DNA of 64,000 nucleotides from an uncultured Eubacteriales bacterium (GTDB lineage Bacteria; Bacillota; Clostridia; Peptostreptococcales; Anaerovoracaceae): assembly GCA_900540145.1 (NCBI GenBank), contig UQEW01000001.1, positions 176-64,175 on the forward strand, read 5' to 3'. Every line of letters starts with the position of its first letter. Positions within the stretch are counted from its first letter, which is position 1. The translations under genes and the position numbers were made by a program. The notes under the pieces are model-generated. The model worked only from the letters and a program-made list of their open reading frames with translations. It did not search any database and was not told the origin of the DNA. Below are positions 9,301 through 19,279 of this stretch, piece by piece.

Positions 9301-10023
9301 CTGCAGCACTTCATCTTCGAATTTAACGCTGTCTATGATCGTATTGAAGGTGGTGTGGCGGCAGTGGTCAGACCAATATGTGTCTATCATCTTGATTTCG
9401 GTGATAGTAGGCTCTCTATCCTCGCCCTTGAAATACTGCTGGCACAACTTTATGTCGGCTAAATCCATGGCAAGGCCTCTGTCAGAAATAAAGTCTGCCA
9501 ATTCCTCTTCATTGAAAGAGCAAAAGCCGTTTAGAACTTCCACCGGCGCCGGCATCTCATATTCGGTCATCAGAGTTTTAGGCAGAGACATATCAGCTTC
9601 TCTGGCTTCAACGCTGTTGATAACATATTTTTTAACAGCTTCCACGTCTTCCTTGCTCAAGCCGCCGTAAAGAGCATATACCTTGGCAGTCTTCACGGTA
9701 GGCCTGTCTCCCTTGGATATTATCTGTATGCACTCAGCGGCAGAAGCAGCTCTCTGATCAAACTGTCCCGGAAGATATTCTACTGCGAATAAATAGTCAG
9801 CTTCCGGAAGTTTTTCAGTTACATTATCCAATTGAGGTTCTGAAAACACCGTATTAACAGCATATCGGAACAGCTCTTTGTCGATGTCATCCACGTCATA
9901 TCTGTTAAACAGACGCACTTGTTCGATGCCCTCTATCTGCAGCAGTTCCTTTATGTCGTTTTTTAAACTTTGAGCTTCATTATCAAGCCCCGGTTTTTTC
10001 TCTACGAAAATCCTAAAAACCAT
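6319..10023 (-). CDS. purL: Phosphoribosylformylglycinamidine synthase (large single-chain FGAM synthase)
   Basis: 1234 aa, with PurL AIR-synthase-related domains and a C-terminal glutamine amidotransferase domain (GICNGFQ). Confidence 0.95.
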   Translation of the reverse strand: MVFRIFVEKKPGLDNEAQSLKNDIKELLQIEGIEQVRLFNRYDVDDIDKELFRYAVNTVFSEPQLDNVTEKLPEADYLFAVEYLPGQFDQRAASAAECIQIISKGDRPTVKTAKVYALYGGLSKEDVEAVKKYVINSVEAREADMSLPKTLMTEYEMPAPVEVLNGFCSFNEEELADFISDRGLAMDLADIKLCQQYFKGEDREPTITEIKMIDTYWSDHCRHTTFNTIIDSVKFEDEVLQKAYDRYIDVRKSLGRTKPVTLMDIGTIAAKQLKKDGKLDKLDESEEINACTVKIKVNIDGKAEDWLLLFKNETHNHPTEIEPFGGAATCVGGAIRDPLSGRSYVYSAMRVTGAGDPLVPVSQTIAGKLPQRKLVTTAAAGYSSYGNQIGLATGQVDELYHPGYVAKRMEIGAVIAAAPAENVIRKKPEPTDKVILLGGRTGRDGCGGATGSSKSHDVSSLESCGAEVQKGNAPEERKLQRLFRNPQASKLIKRCNDFGAGGVSVAIGELADGLKIDLNKVPKKYEGLDGTELAISESQERMAVVVADKDVDTFCRLAREENLEATVVAEVTEEPVLSMSWNGEKIVNISREFLNSNGAEKHISAQAVSGEDYEKTINGSFAENYKAMAGDLNVCSKRGLSERFDSTIGAGTVLMPFGGRYQRTPIQAMVNKVSVEKEDTSTCSLMAWGYNPYITEKSPYHGAYLAVVESVSKLVAAGAKFEDVYLSFQEYFEKLDKDPEKWGKPLAALLGALEAQLDLGVAAIGGKDSMSGTFEDIHVPPTLVSFAVTTEEIDNIISPEFKEAGHRVYLLSPKKNSAGLPDGQSLKEVYSKVIELMRSRVAKSCYTAGFGGVAEAVLKMAMGNGIGFSFNDALSIEEIFGYSYGSFIVETDGEIGIETDSLDVVMIGETTEDFCICRGEDRLSLEELCRIYEDKLETVYPCNISTDGEKPSNLNFSVNKEFTSSIKVAKPHVLIPVFPGTNCEYDTAKAFDRAGAEPEIFVLNNLTSADVAKSVTDFAEKVRSSQIIFIPGGFSGGDEPDGSGKLITAFFRNEEIKEAVTELLEERDGLMAGICNGFQALIKLGLVPFGQILDTDESFPTLTYNKISRHQSKLVRTRIASNNSPWLAQVNVGDIYTVPISHGEGRFIADRELLCELAENGQIITQYVDLDGNATNEIQFNPNGSDMAVEGIVSPDGRVLGKMGHSERTGYGLYKNVPGQFDMKMFESAVKYFK

Positions 10024-10026
10024 ATG

Positions 10027-11289
10027 TCAATTCCTTTCTGCCATAAGGGCGCGCCTGCCTATATCCTTTCTGTAATAGGCGTTGGCAAAATCTATCGTAT
10101 CGACAACAGCATAAGCTTTATCGATGGCTTCCCCAAAAGTAGGAGCTGTTTCCGTCACTCCCAGGACTCTTCCTCCGGAGGTCTCCAGCTTGCCGCCGTT
10201 AAGTTTGGCTCCGGCCACATATATGTTCTTATCCTTCGGCATTGTAATTTCAAAACCTGTTTCATATTTTTTAGGATAACCGTTTGATGCCATGACCACA
10301 CATGCAGCGCATTGATCTTTGAATTTAACTTCTGCATCGGAAAGCTTTCCATCGTATATTTTAAGCATGATGTCCAGAAGGTCGCTTTCCAGAAGAGGCA
10401 GTACCACCTGAGTTTCCGGATCACCAAACCTGCAGTTATACTCTATAACCTTAGGGCCGTCTGCCGTCAGCATCAAGCCGAAATACAGGCATCCTGAAAA
10501 AGGTCTGCCTTCTTTGTTCAAAGCTTCTATGGTAGGCTTGAAGATGGTTTCCATGCAGATTTTCGCTATATCTTCAGTATAGTAAGGATTAGGCGCTATA
10601 GTACCCATGCCGCCGGTGTTGGGACCTTTGTCTCCATCTAAAGCACGCTTGTGGTCCATAGATGATACCATCGGAACAACGGTCTTTCCATCGGTAAAGG
10701 ATAAGACAGAGACTTCCGGACCTGTAAGAAATTCTTCTATCACGATCTTATCGCCGCTGGCTCCGAATACCTTGTCCTCCATAGCTGCTCTGACAGCATC
10801 TATAGCAACTTCTCTTGTCTCTGCTATGGTAACGCCCTTGCCCAAAGCCAATCCGTCGGCCTTTACAACTATAGGGAGAGGGCATGTCTTAATATATCCC
10901 AAAGCTTTTTCCATATCATCAAAGGTCTCATAAGCTGCTGTAGGAATGTTATATTTCTTCATCAATTCTTTTGAGAAAGCTTTGCTGCCTTCTATGATGG
11001 CTGCCTTCTTGTCAGGGCCGAAGGTCTTGATACCCTTTGCTCTCAATGCATCCACCGCGCCCAATACGAGGGGATCATCCGGAGCCACAATGGCAAAATC
11101 TATGCTGTTTTTTACAGCAAAATCCACCATGCCGTCTATATCCTTAGCCCCTATATCCACACATACAGCGTCTGCCGCTATGCCTCCGTTGCCGGGAAGG
11201 GCATATATGGTTTCTACAATGGGATTTTCTTTAATTTTCTTTATGATGGCGTGTTCTCTGCCACCGCCGCCTACTACCATTACTTTCAT
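10027..11289 (-). CDS. purD: Phosphoribosylamine-glycine ligase
   Basis: 420 aa, with an ATP-grasp fold and a typical PurD N-terminus (MKVMVVGGGGREHAI). Confidence 0.95.
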   Translation of the reverse strand: MKVMVVGGGGREHAIIKKIKENPIVETIYALPGNGGIAADAVCVDIGAKDIDGMVDFAVKNSIDFAIVAPDDPLVLGAVDALRAKGIKTFGPDKKAAIIEGSKAFSKELMKKYNIPTAAYETFDDMEKALGYIKTCPLPIVVKADGLALGKGVTIAETREVAIDAVRAAMEDKVFGASGDKIVIEEFLTGPEVSVLSFTDGKTVVPMVSSMDHKRALDGDKGPNTGGMGTIAPNPYYTEDIAKICMETIFKPTIEALNKEGRPFSGCLYFGLMLTADGPKVIEYNCRFGDPETQVVLPLLESDLLDIMLKIYDGKLSDAEVKFKDQCAACVVMASNGYPKKYETGFEITMPKDKNIYVAGAKLNGGKLETSGGRVLGVTETAPTFGEAIDKAYAVVDTIDFANAYYRKDIGRRALMAERN

Positions 11290-11316
11290 ATTGTTTCATA
11301 TACCTCCGCCAAGCGA

Positions 11317-12501
11317 TTAATGATGGAACAATCTCATGCCGGTCATGGCCATCACCATGCCGAATCTGTCGCAAGTTTCGATTACGTTGTCATCTCTGAT
11401 GGAGCCTCCCGGCTGAGCCACATAAGTAACTCCGCTTTTGGCGGCCCTTTCTATATTGTCTCCGAACGGGAAGAACGCGTCTGAAGCCAGGCAAACGCCC
11501 TTCAGAGACGCTAAATATTCTCTTTGCTCTTTTCTTGAGAAGATTTCAGGCTTCTCAGTAAATAACTGCTGCCATTTGCCTTCTCCTATGACGTCTTCGT
11601 AATCTTCCGACAGATAAACATCTATGGCATTATCTCTGTCAGGTCTTTTTATCTCTTCCTTAAAAGGAAGGCTCAGAACCTTATCATGCTGGCGCAGATG
11701 CCATTTGTCGGCCTTTTCCCCTGCCAATCTGGTGCAGTGTATTCTGGACTGCTGGCCGGCGCCTACACCTATAACTTGTCCGCCTTCAGCAAAACATACG
11801 GAATTGGACTGAGTATATTTTAAAGTTATGAGCGCTATTACTAAATTTATTTTAGCCTCTTCAGTCATATCCTTATTGTCAGTCACTATGTTCTCCAAAA
11901 GGCTTTTATCTATCTTAAAGTCATTGCGTTTCTGCTGGAAAGTGATACCGTATACCTGCTTCTGTTCGATTGGGTCAGGTACGTATGACTGGTCTATCTT
12001 TATTATCGTATAGTTTCCTTTTCTCTTTCCTTTTAAAATCTCCAGGGCGTCATCATCGTAATCCGGCGCTATGATACCATCTGAAACTTCTCTCGCAATA
12101 AGTCTGGCGCATACTGCATCACACTTGTCGGAAAGGGCTATCCAATCTCCGAAAGAGCTCATTCTGTCAGTACCTCTTGCTCTTGCATAGGCCGTAGCTA
12201 TGGGAGACTCGTCCAGTCCTTCTATATCATCTACAAAGAAAGCCTTTTTCATCTTTTCATTCATAGGTATGCCCACTGCTGCCGAAGTAGGGCTGACATG
12301 CTTGAAGGAAGTAGCTGCGCACATGCCCAGAGCTTCTTTTATCTCTTTTACCAGCTGCCAGCTGTTCATGGCGTCCAGCAGATTTATGTATCCGGCTTTA
12401 CCGTTGAGTATTTCTATGGGTAGCTCTGAGCCATCGTTCATAAAAATCTTTGCCGGCTTTTGATTAGGGTTGCAACCGTATTTTAATTCGTAATCTTTCA
12501 T
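11317..12501 (-). CDS. purH: AICAR formyltransferase, stand-alone AICARFT domain of PurH
   Basis: 394 aa, starting MKDYELKYGCNPNQ. It has no MGS-like IMP cyclohydrolase domain. Confidence 0.85.
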   Translation of the reverse strand: MKDYELKYGCNPNQKPAKIFMNDGSELPIEILNGKAGYINLLDAMNSWQLVKEIKEALGMCAATSFKHVSPTSAAVGIPMNEKMKKAFFVDDIEGLDESPIATAYARARGTDRMSSFGDWIALSDKCDAVCARLIAREVSDGIIAPDYDDDALEILKGKRKGNYTIIKIDQSYVPDPIEQKQVYGITFQQKRNDFKIDKSLLENIVTDNKDMTEEAKINLVIALITLKYTQSNSVCFAEGGQVIGVGAGQQSRIHCTRLAGEKADKWHLRQHDKVLSLPFKEEIKRPDRDNAIDVYLSEDYEDVIGEGKWQQLFTEKPEIFSRKEQREYLASLKGVCLASDAFFPFGDNIERAAKSGVTYVAQPGGSIRDDNVIETCDRFGMVMAMTGMRLFHH

Positions 12502-12521
12502 AATTTTAACCGCCCCCTTGA

Positions 12522-13241
12522 TTACTTGTTCTTATTTATAAGCTTGTTTTCTGCTTTGCCTGTCTCCAAATCTATATATCTGACATACAGGGAAATTTTC
12601 TTTTCTTCATTAAGGTTATCCCATATGTCACTGGTAAATTCTTCGATATCGTCAGGAATAATAATTCGCCTTGGCTCCCCTTGGAACGTCGGAAGCGGCT
12701 GGCCGTCATGTTCATATGTATGAATAAAGTGGCCCAGTCCTGAAACGGCCGGATAAGAATAGGTATATCTGGCACATGCACTGCCCTCTTCATCCACACT
12801 CTTTAAAATGCTCATTTCATAGGAAAAGTCTCCGTCCGCAAAAGTGAGCATAGCGCTGATTCTCGGCGTCCAGTTGGGGCCATCCGGTTCAAACTCTCTG
12901 GTAGCAAGGGCCTCTTTGAAGGACTTTCCTTCTTTGACAAAGTCATATATGGTATCTGTCTGGTCTCCGTTGGTCACTATGACCTTGTCATCTAATTTTT
13001 TAACAGGCGAATAAATTATAAGAGACGGGTCTTCCACTTTAGACTCATCGAAAGGATAGATGACCACGTCGTCACCTTCTTCCTTGAAAACCCTGTTTTT
13101 CGAGTTTTCACTTCTACCCATGATAAAATACCCTATTGCAGCCTTTTTTCCGTCTGCAGTTTTGCCGACTGCTATGCCTCTGCCTACATACGAGTTATCT
13201 CGTATGGTATCTCCCATGGACTTTGACGTATATACGCTCAT
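12522..13241 (-). CDS. purO: IMP cyclohydrolase, archaeal PurO type
   Basis: A start at the internal ATG ([11 protein letters not shown]...) gives about 239 aa. That ATG overlaps the purN stop as ATGA and is preceded by AAGGAGG. The PurO-like N-terminus reads YVGRGIAVGKTADGK. Confidence 0.7.
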   Translation of the reverse strand: MSVYTSKSMGDTIRDNSYVGRGIAVGKTADGKKAAIGYFIMGRSENSKNRVFKEEGDDVVIYPFDESKVEDPSLIIYSPVKKLDDKVIVTNGDQTDTIYDFVKEGKSFKEALATREFEPDGPNWTPRISAMLTFADGDFSYEMSILKSVDEEGSACARYTYSYPAVSGLGHFIHTYEHDGQPLPTFQGEPRRIIIPDDIEEFTSDIWDNLNEEKKISLYVRYIDLETGKAENKLINKNK

Positions 13242-13852
13242 TTTATCCGCCTCCTTACAATTTCTTCGCAAATCATCTGCGTAGCCTCAGGCAGAAGTTT
13301 CCATTCAGCCTCTTCCATCACTCTTCGCTGCAGAGTTTGGGGAGTATCGTCAGGCTTTACCTCCACGGCTTTCTGCAATATTATTCTGCCTCCGTCTGTT
13401 ATCTCATTGACATAATGAACTGTAGCCCCGGTTACTTTTACACCGTAATCGAGGGCTGCCTGATGGACTTTAATCCCATAGTAACCTTTCCCGCAGAAGG
13501 ATGGGATGAGAGAAGGATGAACGTTTATTATCCTTCCTGCATATCTGCTGGTAAAATCTCCGCTGAGTATGCTCATAAAGCCTGCCATCACTATGAGGTC
13601 CGTCTGATTTTTGTCTATCAGCTGAGACATCTTTTCTTCGTATTCTTTCTGGGAATCAAAATCTTTACGGCATACCACTGCTTGATCTATTCCGTTGGCC
13701 TCGGCCCTCTTGAGAGCATAGGCATCCTTTTTGCTGGAAATGACCAACGTTATCTGTCCGTCTTCAATTGCTCCGCTTTTTTGTGCGTCTATCAATGCCT
13801 GCAGGTTGGTTCCTCCGCCTGACACCAGCACTGTTATTCTAGCTTTCAGCAT
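13238..13852 (-). CDS. purN: Phosphoribosylglycinamide formyltransferase
   Basis: 204 aa, with the PurN motifs ([22 protein letters not shown]). Confidence 0.9.
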   Translation of the reverse strand: MLKARITVLVSGGGTNLQALIDAQKSGAIEDGQITLVISSKKDAYALKRAEANGIDQAVVCRKDFDSQKEYEEKMSQLIDKNQTDLIVMAGFMSILSGDFTSRYAGRIINVHPSLIPSFCGKGYYGIKVHQAALDYGVKVTGATVHYVNEITDGGRIILQKAVEVKPDDTPQTLQRRVMEEAEWKLLPEATQMICEEIVRRRIK

Positions 13853-14889
13853 ATTTCCACCTTTTCATCAGACTTGGTTATATTACCTATGATATAAGCG
13901 TCCTCTCCGGCTGCTTTAAGTATATCGACAGCTTTCTGACTGTCTTCTTGAGATACTACTACGCTCATTCCTACACCCATATTAAATGTATTGAACATAT
14001 CATGTTCAGGGATGTTTCCGGTCTTGGCGATCAGATGGAAGATAGGCAATATCTTAAGAGCAGCCTTATCTATTTTAGCGCAGAAGCCGTCCGGTATGCT
14101 TCTCGGAATGTTTTCATAAAAACCTCCGCCTGTTATGTGGGATACAGCCTTAACCTCAATTTGCTTGAAAAGCTCCAGCATTGGCTTAACATATATCTTC
14201 GTAGGGGTGAGCAAAGTCTCGCCTAAAGAAGCTCCTCCCAGTTCTTCAACAGGAGCTTTTAAATCTATCTTCTCAACATCAAATATCTTTCTCACCAAAG
14301 AAAAGCCGTTGGAGTGGACTCCGCTGGAAGGAAGGGCGATTATCACATCGCCTTCTTTAACCTTGGTTTTATCCAGCACTTTGGACTTGTCCACAGCTCC
14401 CACAGAAAATCCTGCCAAGTCGTATTCATCCTCGCTGTAAAATCCCGGCATTTCCGCTGTCTCTCCGCCTATAAGTTCGCATCCTGCTTGTACGCATCCT
14501 TCAGCGATGCCGGAAACTATCTGCGCTATCTTTTCAGGATAATTTTTTCCGCATGCTATATAATCCAGGAAAAACAATGGTTTTGCTCCGCAGCAGATGA
14601 TGTCGTTGACGCACATAGCTACACAGTCTATTCCTACTGTATCATGCTTGTCCATGAGAAAAGCCATCTTAAGCTTGGTTCCTACTCCATCAGTGCCGCT
14701 GACCAGTACCGGCTTCTTCATATCGGTGATATCCAGCTCAAACAAGCCGCCAAAGCCTCCTATATCATCGCTCTTACCGTTTATCATGGTTCTTGCGATA
14801 TGTTTCTTCATCAGTTCTACAGCTTTATAGCCTGCGGTTATATCCACGCCTGCAGCCGCGTAGCTGTCCGATTTTGATTTGGTATTCAT
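13846..14889 (-). CDS. purM: Phosphoribosylformylglycinamidine cyclo-ligase (AIR synthetase)
   Basis: 347 aa, with PurM motifs. It overlaps the purN start by 7 nt. Confidence 0.95.
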   Translation of the reverse strand: MNTKSKSDSYAAAGVDITAGYKAVELMKKHIARTMINGKSDDIGGFGGLFELDITDMKKPVLVSGTDGVGTKLKMAFLMDKHDTVGIDCVAMCVNDIICCGAKPLFFLDYIACGKNYPEKIAQIVSGIAEGCVQAGCELIGGETAEMPGFYSEDEYDLAGFSVGAVDKSKVLDKTKVKEGDVIIALPSSGVHSNGFSLVRKIFDVEKIDLKAPVEELGGASLGETLLTPTKIYVKPMLELFKQIEVKAVSHITGGGFYENIPRSIPDGFCAKIDKAALKILPIFHLIAKTGNIPEHDMFNTFNMGVGMSVVVSQEDSQKAVDILKAAGEDAYIIGNITKSDEKVEIC

Positions 14890-14963
14890 AACCTGTTTTC
14901 CTTTCTATGCCTATTGTTTTTCATTTTCCGTAGCGTCTTGATTGCTCTTTACCTATTCTTTGC

Positions 14964-16388
14964 CTACTCTTTGCCGCTCCAGCAATAAGTACAGAGCTTG
15001 CACGGCTCGAGACCGATAGCTTCTATTACTCCCTCCAGCGATTGAAATTCCAGGGAAGCAAAATTGAATTTCTCACATATGGCCCTTCTTAAAGCTTGAC
15101 CTCTTTCTGTATCGGAATTGCTGTACTCTTCTATGTGTTTCTGACCTTCATCGCCTTCCAGCTCTTGAATTATTCTTCTGGCCAGAAGTTCCATATCTCC
15201 TCTTCCTCTGGAGAAGTTTAAAAATTTGCATCCGTACATTATAGGCGGGCATGCTGAACGCATATGGACAGCTTTTGCGCCGTTATCATATAGAAAATCC
15301 ACAGTTTCCTTAAGCTGAGTTCCTCTTACTATGGAATCGTCTACAAACAGCAGATTCTTATCTTGAATAAGCTCATGAACCGGTATCTGCTTCATCTTGG
15401 CTACCTTGTCACGTTCTTTCTGGTTGGTCGGCATGAAGCTTCTGGGCCAAGTAGGCGTATATTTTATAAACGGTCTGGCAAAAGGCACATCGCTTTTGTT
15501 GGCATATCCTATGGCATGAGGAGTTCCCGAGTCAGGCACACCGCCTACATAGTCCAAGTCCTGAACCAGGCCTTTCTTCATGTCTCTTTCAGCCATTATC
15601 TCGCCATTCCTGTATCGCATGGCCTCTACGTTGATTCCTTCGTAGTTGGATGTTGGATAACCGTAATATGACCATAAGAAAGCGCATATTTTCATTTCTT
15701 TGCCTGCCGGCGCCAGCTGAGTCATGCTTTCGGCCGTAAGTTCGACTATTTCTCCCGGTCCAAGCTCACAAACATCTTCATATCCCAGCTTGGTGTATGC
15801 GAAGGACTCAAATGACACACAATAGCCCAGCTCGTCTTTGCCTATATGAACAGGTATCCTTCCGAACCTGTCTCTGGCGGCTATTATATGTCCTTCGTCT
15901 GTAAGAATTAAAATAGATGCAGTTCCTTTAATGGATTCCTGCGCATATTTGATTCCTTCCACAAAATCCCTTTTCTGACTTATAAGAGCTGCCACAAGTT
16001 CGGTATTGTTAACTTCTCCTCCCGTCATAGAATCAAAATGTCCGCCTCCCAGAGTCAAATAATCGTCTATGAGCTCTTTGGCATTGTTTATTATGCCGAT
16101 TATGCATATGGCATAAGTACCGAGATGAGAACGGATGAGAAGCGGTTGGGGGTCCGAATCGCTTATACAGCCGATAGCCGACCTTCCCTTCATCTCATCG
16201 AATATATTCTCAAATTTTGTTCTGAACGGTGAGTTCTCTATATTATGAATTTCCCTCTGAAGCCCGATCTTTTCATCGTAAGCAGCAAGGCCTCCTCTTC
16301 TGGTTCCAAGGTGCGAATGATAATCCACGCCAAAGAACACATCTACCATGCAATCTTCCTTCGAGGCAACTCCAAAAAATCCACCCAT
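14964..16388 (-). CDS. purF: Amidophosphoribosyltransferase
   Basis: 474 aa, with an N-terminal Ntn-type glutamine amidotransferase domain, a PRPP-binding motif (LLFVDDSIVRGTQ) and C-terminal cysteines (CKLCTYCWSG) of the kind that ligate an Fe-S cluster. Confidence 0.9.
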   Translation of the reverse strand: MGGFFGVASKEDCMVDVFFGVDYHSHLGTRRGGLAAYDEKIGLQREIHNIENSPFRTKFENIFDEMKGRSAIGCISDSDPQPLLIRSHLGTYAICIIGIINNAKELIDDYLTLGGGHFDSMTGGEVNNTELVAALISQKRDFVEGIKYAQESIKGTASILILTDEGHIIAARDRFGRIPVHIGKDELGYCVSFESFAYTKLGYEDVCELGPGEIVELTAESMTQLAPAGKEMKICAFLWSYYGYPTSNYEGINVEAMRYRNGEIMAERDMKKGLVQDLDYVGGVPDSGTPHAIGYANKSDVPFARPFIKYTPTWPRSFMPTNQKERDKVAKMKQIPVHELIQDKNLLFVDDSIVRGTQLKETVDFLYDNGAKAVHMRSACPPIMYGCKFLNFSRGRGDMELLARRIIQELEGDEGQKHIEEYSNSDTERGQALRRAICEKFNFASLEFQSLEGVIEAIGLEPCKLCTYCWSGKE

Positions 16389-16457
16389 TATATTTTACAT
16401 CCTCCTGTCACCTAAGCTGTCCCTTGCCTATCTTGTCTCTCGTTCTTTAACCTGAAA

Positions 16458-17144
16458 TTACGCGAAAAACAGTTCTGAAAGTGTCATAGGATCAATATAT
16501 TTTCCGTCTTTGTACACTCTCATATTACCTGAGGCAATCTCATCAATAAGCATTACGTTTCCATCTTTATCATATCCGAATTCGAACTTGATATCGTACA
16601 GAACCAGTCCTTTTTCTTTTAAATCGTCAGCCACAATCTGAGTTATGCGCTGAGTCATGGATTTTATATCTTCATACTGGCTGTCTGTCATCACGCCGAG
16701 AACCACAAGAGCATCCTTTGTTACCAGCGGATCGCCTTTTTCGTCATTCTTAAAAGTTGTTTCAACATAAGCAGGCAAATCTGCGCCTTCTTCTATGTAT
16801 TCCCCATAGCGGCGGATAAAGCTGCCTACTGCCTTATGACGGCATATTACTTCAAGACCGTGGCCGAATACCTTGGCCGGCAAAACTTCCATGGTGGTGT
16901 TTTCCAAATCAGCACTTACGTAATGAGTCTTTATTCCTGCCTGATTGATTTTCTCGAAGAAATATATTGACATGCGCAGGTTAACGTCGCCTACTCCATC
17001 GATGGTAAGTCCTATGGAATTTTCGCCCGGGTCGAAAACTCCGTCTTTTCCTGTGCAGTCATCTTTAAACTTTAAAAGATAGTTTCCGTTGTCCAGCTCG
17101 AATACATTTTTTGTCTTTCCTGTGTAAACCAATTTGTTTTCCAT
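16458..17144 (-). CDS. purC: SAICAR synthase
   Basis: The start is placed at the internal ATG 17144 ([17 protein letters not shown]), which is preceded by AGGAGAAAAG. The longer listed ORF would overlap purE. Confidence 0.9.
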   Translation of the reverse strand: MENKLVYTGKTKNVFELDNGNYLLKFKDDCTGKDGVFDPGENSIGLTIDGVGDVNLRMSIYFFEKINQAGIKTHYVSADLENTTMEVLPAKVFGHGLEVICRHKAVGSFIRRYGEYIEEGADLPAYVETTFKNDEKGDPLVTKDALVVLGVMTDSQYEDIKSMTQRITQIVADDLKEKGLVLYDIKFEFGYDKDGNVMLIDEIASGNMRVYKDGKYIDPMTLSELFFA

Positions 17145-17208
17145 AATCTTTTCTCCTTGTCGCAAATAAATATTATATAAAATTTTTGATATGTCGCCTT
17201 TAATCTGA

Positions 17209-17697
17209 CTAAAACCTTGCAGAAATATCTGCATCCTTTTCCAGAACCTTTTTAGCGTCGGCATCTCTCTTGGCCTGAAGTCTTGCTGCCAGTTCTTCAT
17301 CTTCTATAGCCAGCATCTGGCATGAAAGCAAAGCGGCATTGACTGCTCCGTCTATGGCAACTGTAGCTACAGGAATTCCCGAAGGCATCTGAACAGTTGA
17401 AAGCAATGCGTCAATGCCGTCTAAAGTCGAAGATTTTACAGGTACGCCTATTACGGGAAGGCATGTGCCTGCTGCAAGAGAGCCTGCCAGATGAGCAGCT
17501 TTTCCGGCAAAAGCTATGATCGCGCCAAACCCTTTTTCTCTGGCGGTGCGAGCAAATTCAGCAGCCTCCTTAGGAGTTCTGTGTGCAGAATAAACATGTA
17601 CTTCAAAAGGTACTCCCAGTTCTTTCAATGTATCCGCCGCTTTTTCAGCAACAGCCAGGTCACTGTCAGAACCCATTACGATTCCAATCTTTTTCAT
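17209..17697 (-). CDS. purE: N5-carboxyaminoimidazole ribonucleotide mutase
   Basis: 162 aa, with the PurE motifs ([15 protein letters not shown]). Confidence 0.9.
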   Translation of the reverse strand: MKKIGIVMGSDSDLAVAEKAADTLKELGVPFEVHVYSAHRTPKEAAEFARTAREKGFGAIIAFAGKAAHLAGSLAAGTCLPVIGVPVKSSTLDGIDALLSTVQMPSGIPVATVAIDGAVNAALLSCQMLAIEDEELAARLQAKRDADAKKVLEKDADISARF

Positions 17698-17756
17698 CTT
17701 TTATCCTCCAAGAATGTCAGTAGAATATATCTTTATATATTAGGCCTTGGGCCATT

Positions 17757-17786
17757 CAACAAAAAAAGGGTATATTCGTCCCTCTT
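17757..17786 (-). terminator. Intrinsic terminator acting as the expression platform of the leader upstream of purE
   Basis: The minus-strand RNA reads AAGAGGGACGAAUAUACCCUUUUUUUG, a 7-bp stem with one G-U pair followed by a U7 run. It sits between the riboswitch-like element and the purE ribosome-binding site. Confidence 0.5.
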
Positions 17787-17802
17787 TTGCAAGGAACAAA
17801 TA

Positions 17803-17876
17803 CACCCAGACGGTCGGCTATCTAAGCTTTCTGCTTCCTTGCGGTTATCCGCGTCTTCCGTCAGTCACAAAAAGCT
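17803..17876 (-). ncRNA. Probable ZTP (pfl motif) riboswitch in the purE leader
   Basis: Minus-strand RNA GCUUUUUGUGACUGACGGAAGACGCGGAUAACCGCAAGGAAGCAGAAAGC...AGCCGACCGUCUGGGUG. It matches the pfl consensus blocks UGACUGGCG, a GNRA-capped P2 hairpin and CCGGACCGCCUGGGCA. The pseudoknot shows covariation (GACGG with CCGUC). Confidence 0.6.
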
Positions 17877-17889
17877 GCCTTGTGATTTC

Positions 17890-17919
17890 ATTATACCAAC
17901 ATAACAAAAACATTGTCAA
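17890..17919 (-). promoter_or_regulatory. Consensus sigma-A promoter for the pur operon (TTGACA-18-TATAAT on the minus strand)
   Basis: The -35 TTGACA is at 17914-17919 and the -10 TATAAT at 17890-17895, both read on the minus strand. This predicts a leader of about 185 nt before the purE ATG. Confidence 0.55.
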
Positions 17920-18013
17920 GAAAAACAGCAGCTCTCCCCTTGTAATTTCTCTCGGGGAAAGCCGCCGTTCATATTCAAAGTCTTGTATTGTATCTTCCGC
18001 TTAATTGAAATTC

Positions 18014-19270
18014 TTACTCTTGAACCTTCTGTCCTTTCTGTCTTCCGGCGCCTATATCAGCTGCCGCCGTAAATAACACGTCTGTAGAAGAGTTAAGCGC
18101 TGTCTCGCATGAATCCTGAATAACTCCAATTATGAATCCCACGCCTACAACTTGCATAGCGATATCGTTAGGAATTCCAAACAGAGAACATGCCAGCGGT
18201 ATCAACAGCAGCGAACCTCCGGCAACTCCTGACGCACCGCAGGCTCCTATGGCAGAAACCACGCATAGCAGTATCGCCATACCAAGATCTACAGAAATAC
18301 CCAGGGTGTTAGCAGCTGCCAAAGTAAGCACGGAGATGGTCACCGCAGCGCCTTCCATGTTAATGGTAGCGCCGAGAGGAATTGATATAGAATAAGTATC
18401 CTTATCTAATTTCAGTTCTTCGCATAGTTTCATATTAACCGGAATGTTGGCTGCAGAACTTCTGGTGAAGAAGGCGGTTATGCCACTGTCCTTCAGGCAC
18501 TTGAAAACGAGCGGATAAGGATTCCTTCGAATCTTAATAAACACCAGCAGTGGATTGACTATAAGCGCATCAAACAGCATCGTGCATACTAAAAGTAAAA
18601 TAATCATTCCGTATCCCAATAAAGTTGAAAGTCCGCTGGTTGCTATGGAATTAAATACAAGTCCCATAACGCCCAGAGGCGCCAATTTTATTACCCATCT
18701 TACAGCTTTAGATACGGCTTCAGCTATGTCAGCTAAAACGTTTTTAGTAGCATCAGAAGCATGTCTCAAAGCTATTCCAAGAACTATGGCCCAAGCCAAT
18801 ATTCCTATGTAGTTGGCGTTGAGTATGGCATCTACAGGATTGGATACTATGCTGAATATCAAATTTCCAAGGACTTCTCCGATTCCTCCCGGAGGCGCCA
18901 CATCTTCAGAGCCGGTAGGAAGAGTGAGTTCCATCTTAAATATGAAACTGGCTATAACAGCTATCGTACCTGCTAAAAACGTTCCCAAAAGATATAAAAC
19001 TATAATCGCTTTCATATTGGTCTTTTGTCCGGCCCTATGCTGAGATATGGCAGACATAACCAAAAATAACACCAATACCGGCGCGATGGCTTTTAACGCT
19101 CCTACAAACAAGTCACCTAAGACCGTTATGCCTGACAGCTGTTTTGGAAACGCCAACGCCAGTATTATTCCTACTATAAGACCTATAATAATTTGTTTTA
19201 CAAGGCTTATCTTGTTCCAACGAATAAGTAAATTTTTCAGCATTATTTTTCTCCTCTTCTCATTTTGCAT
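18014..19270 (-). CDS. sstT: Serine/threonine:Na+ symporter (DAACS family)
   Basis: 418 aa, with strong SstT motifs ([44 protein letters not shown]). Confidence 0.85.
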   Translation of the reverse strand: MQNEKRRKIMLKNLLIRWNKISLVKQIIIGLIVGIILALAFPKQLSGITVLGDLFVGALKAIAPVLVLFLVMSAISQHRAGQKTNMKAIIVLYLLGTFLAGTIAVIASFIFKMELTLPTGSEDVAPPGGIGEVLGNLIFSIVSNPVDAILNANYIGILAWAIVLGIALRHASDATKNVLADIAEAVSKAVRWVIKLAPLGVMGLVFNSIATSGLSTLLGYGMIILLLVCTMLFDALIVNPLLVFIKIRRNPYPLVFKCLKDSGITAFFTRSSAANIPVNMKLCEELKLDKDTYSISIPLGATINMEGAAVTISVLTLAAANTLGISVDLGMAILLCVVSAIGACGASGVAGGSLLLIPLACSLFGIPNDIAMQVVGVGFIIGVIQDSCETALNSSTDVLFTAAADIGAGRQKGQKVQE

Positions 19271-19279
19271 TTTAATTTA

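Noticed and set aside
17698-17889. Purine (guanine/adenine) riboswitch in the purE leader
   Set aside because: There is no UAUA...GGAUAUGGC...GUUUCUACC...CCGUAAAU core. The leader instead matches the ZTP/pfl blocks.
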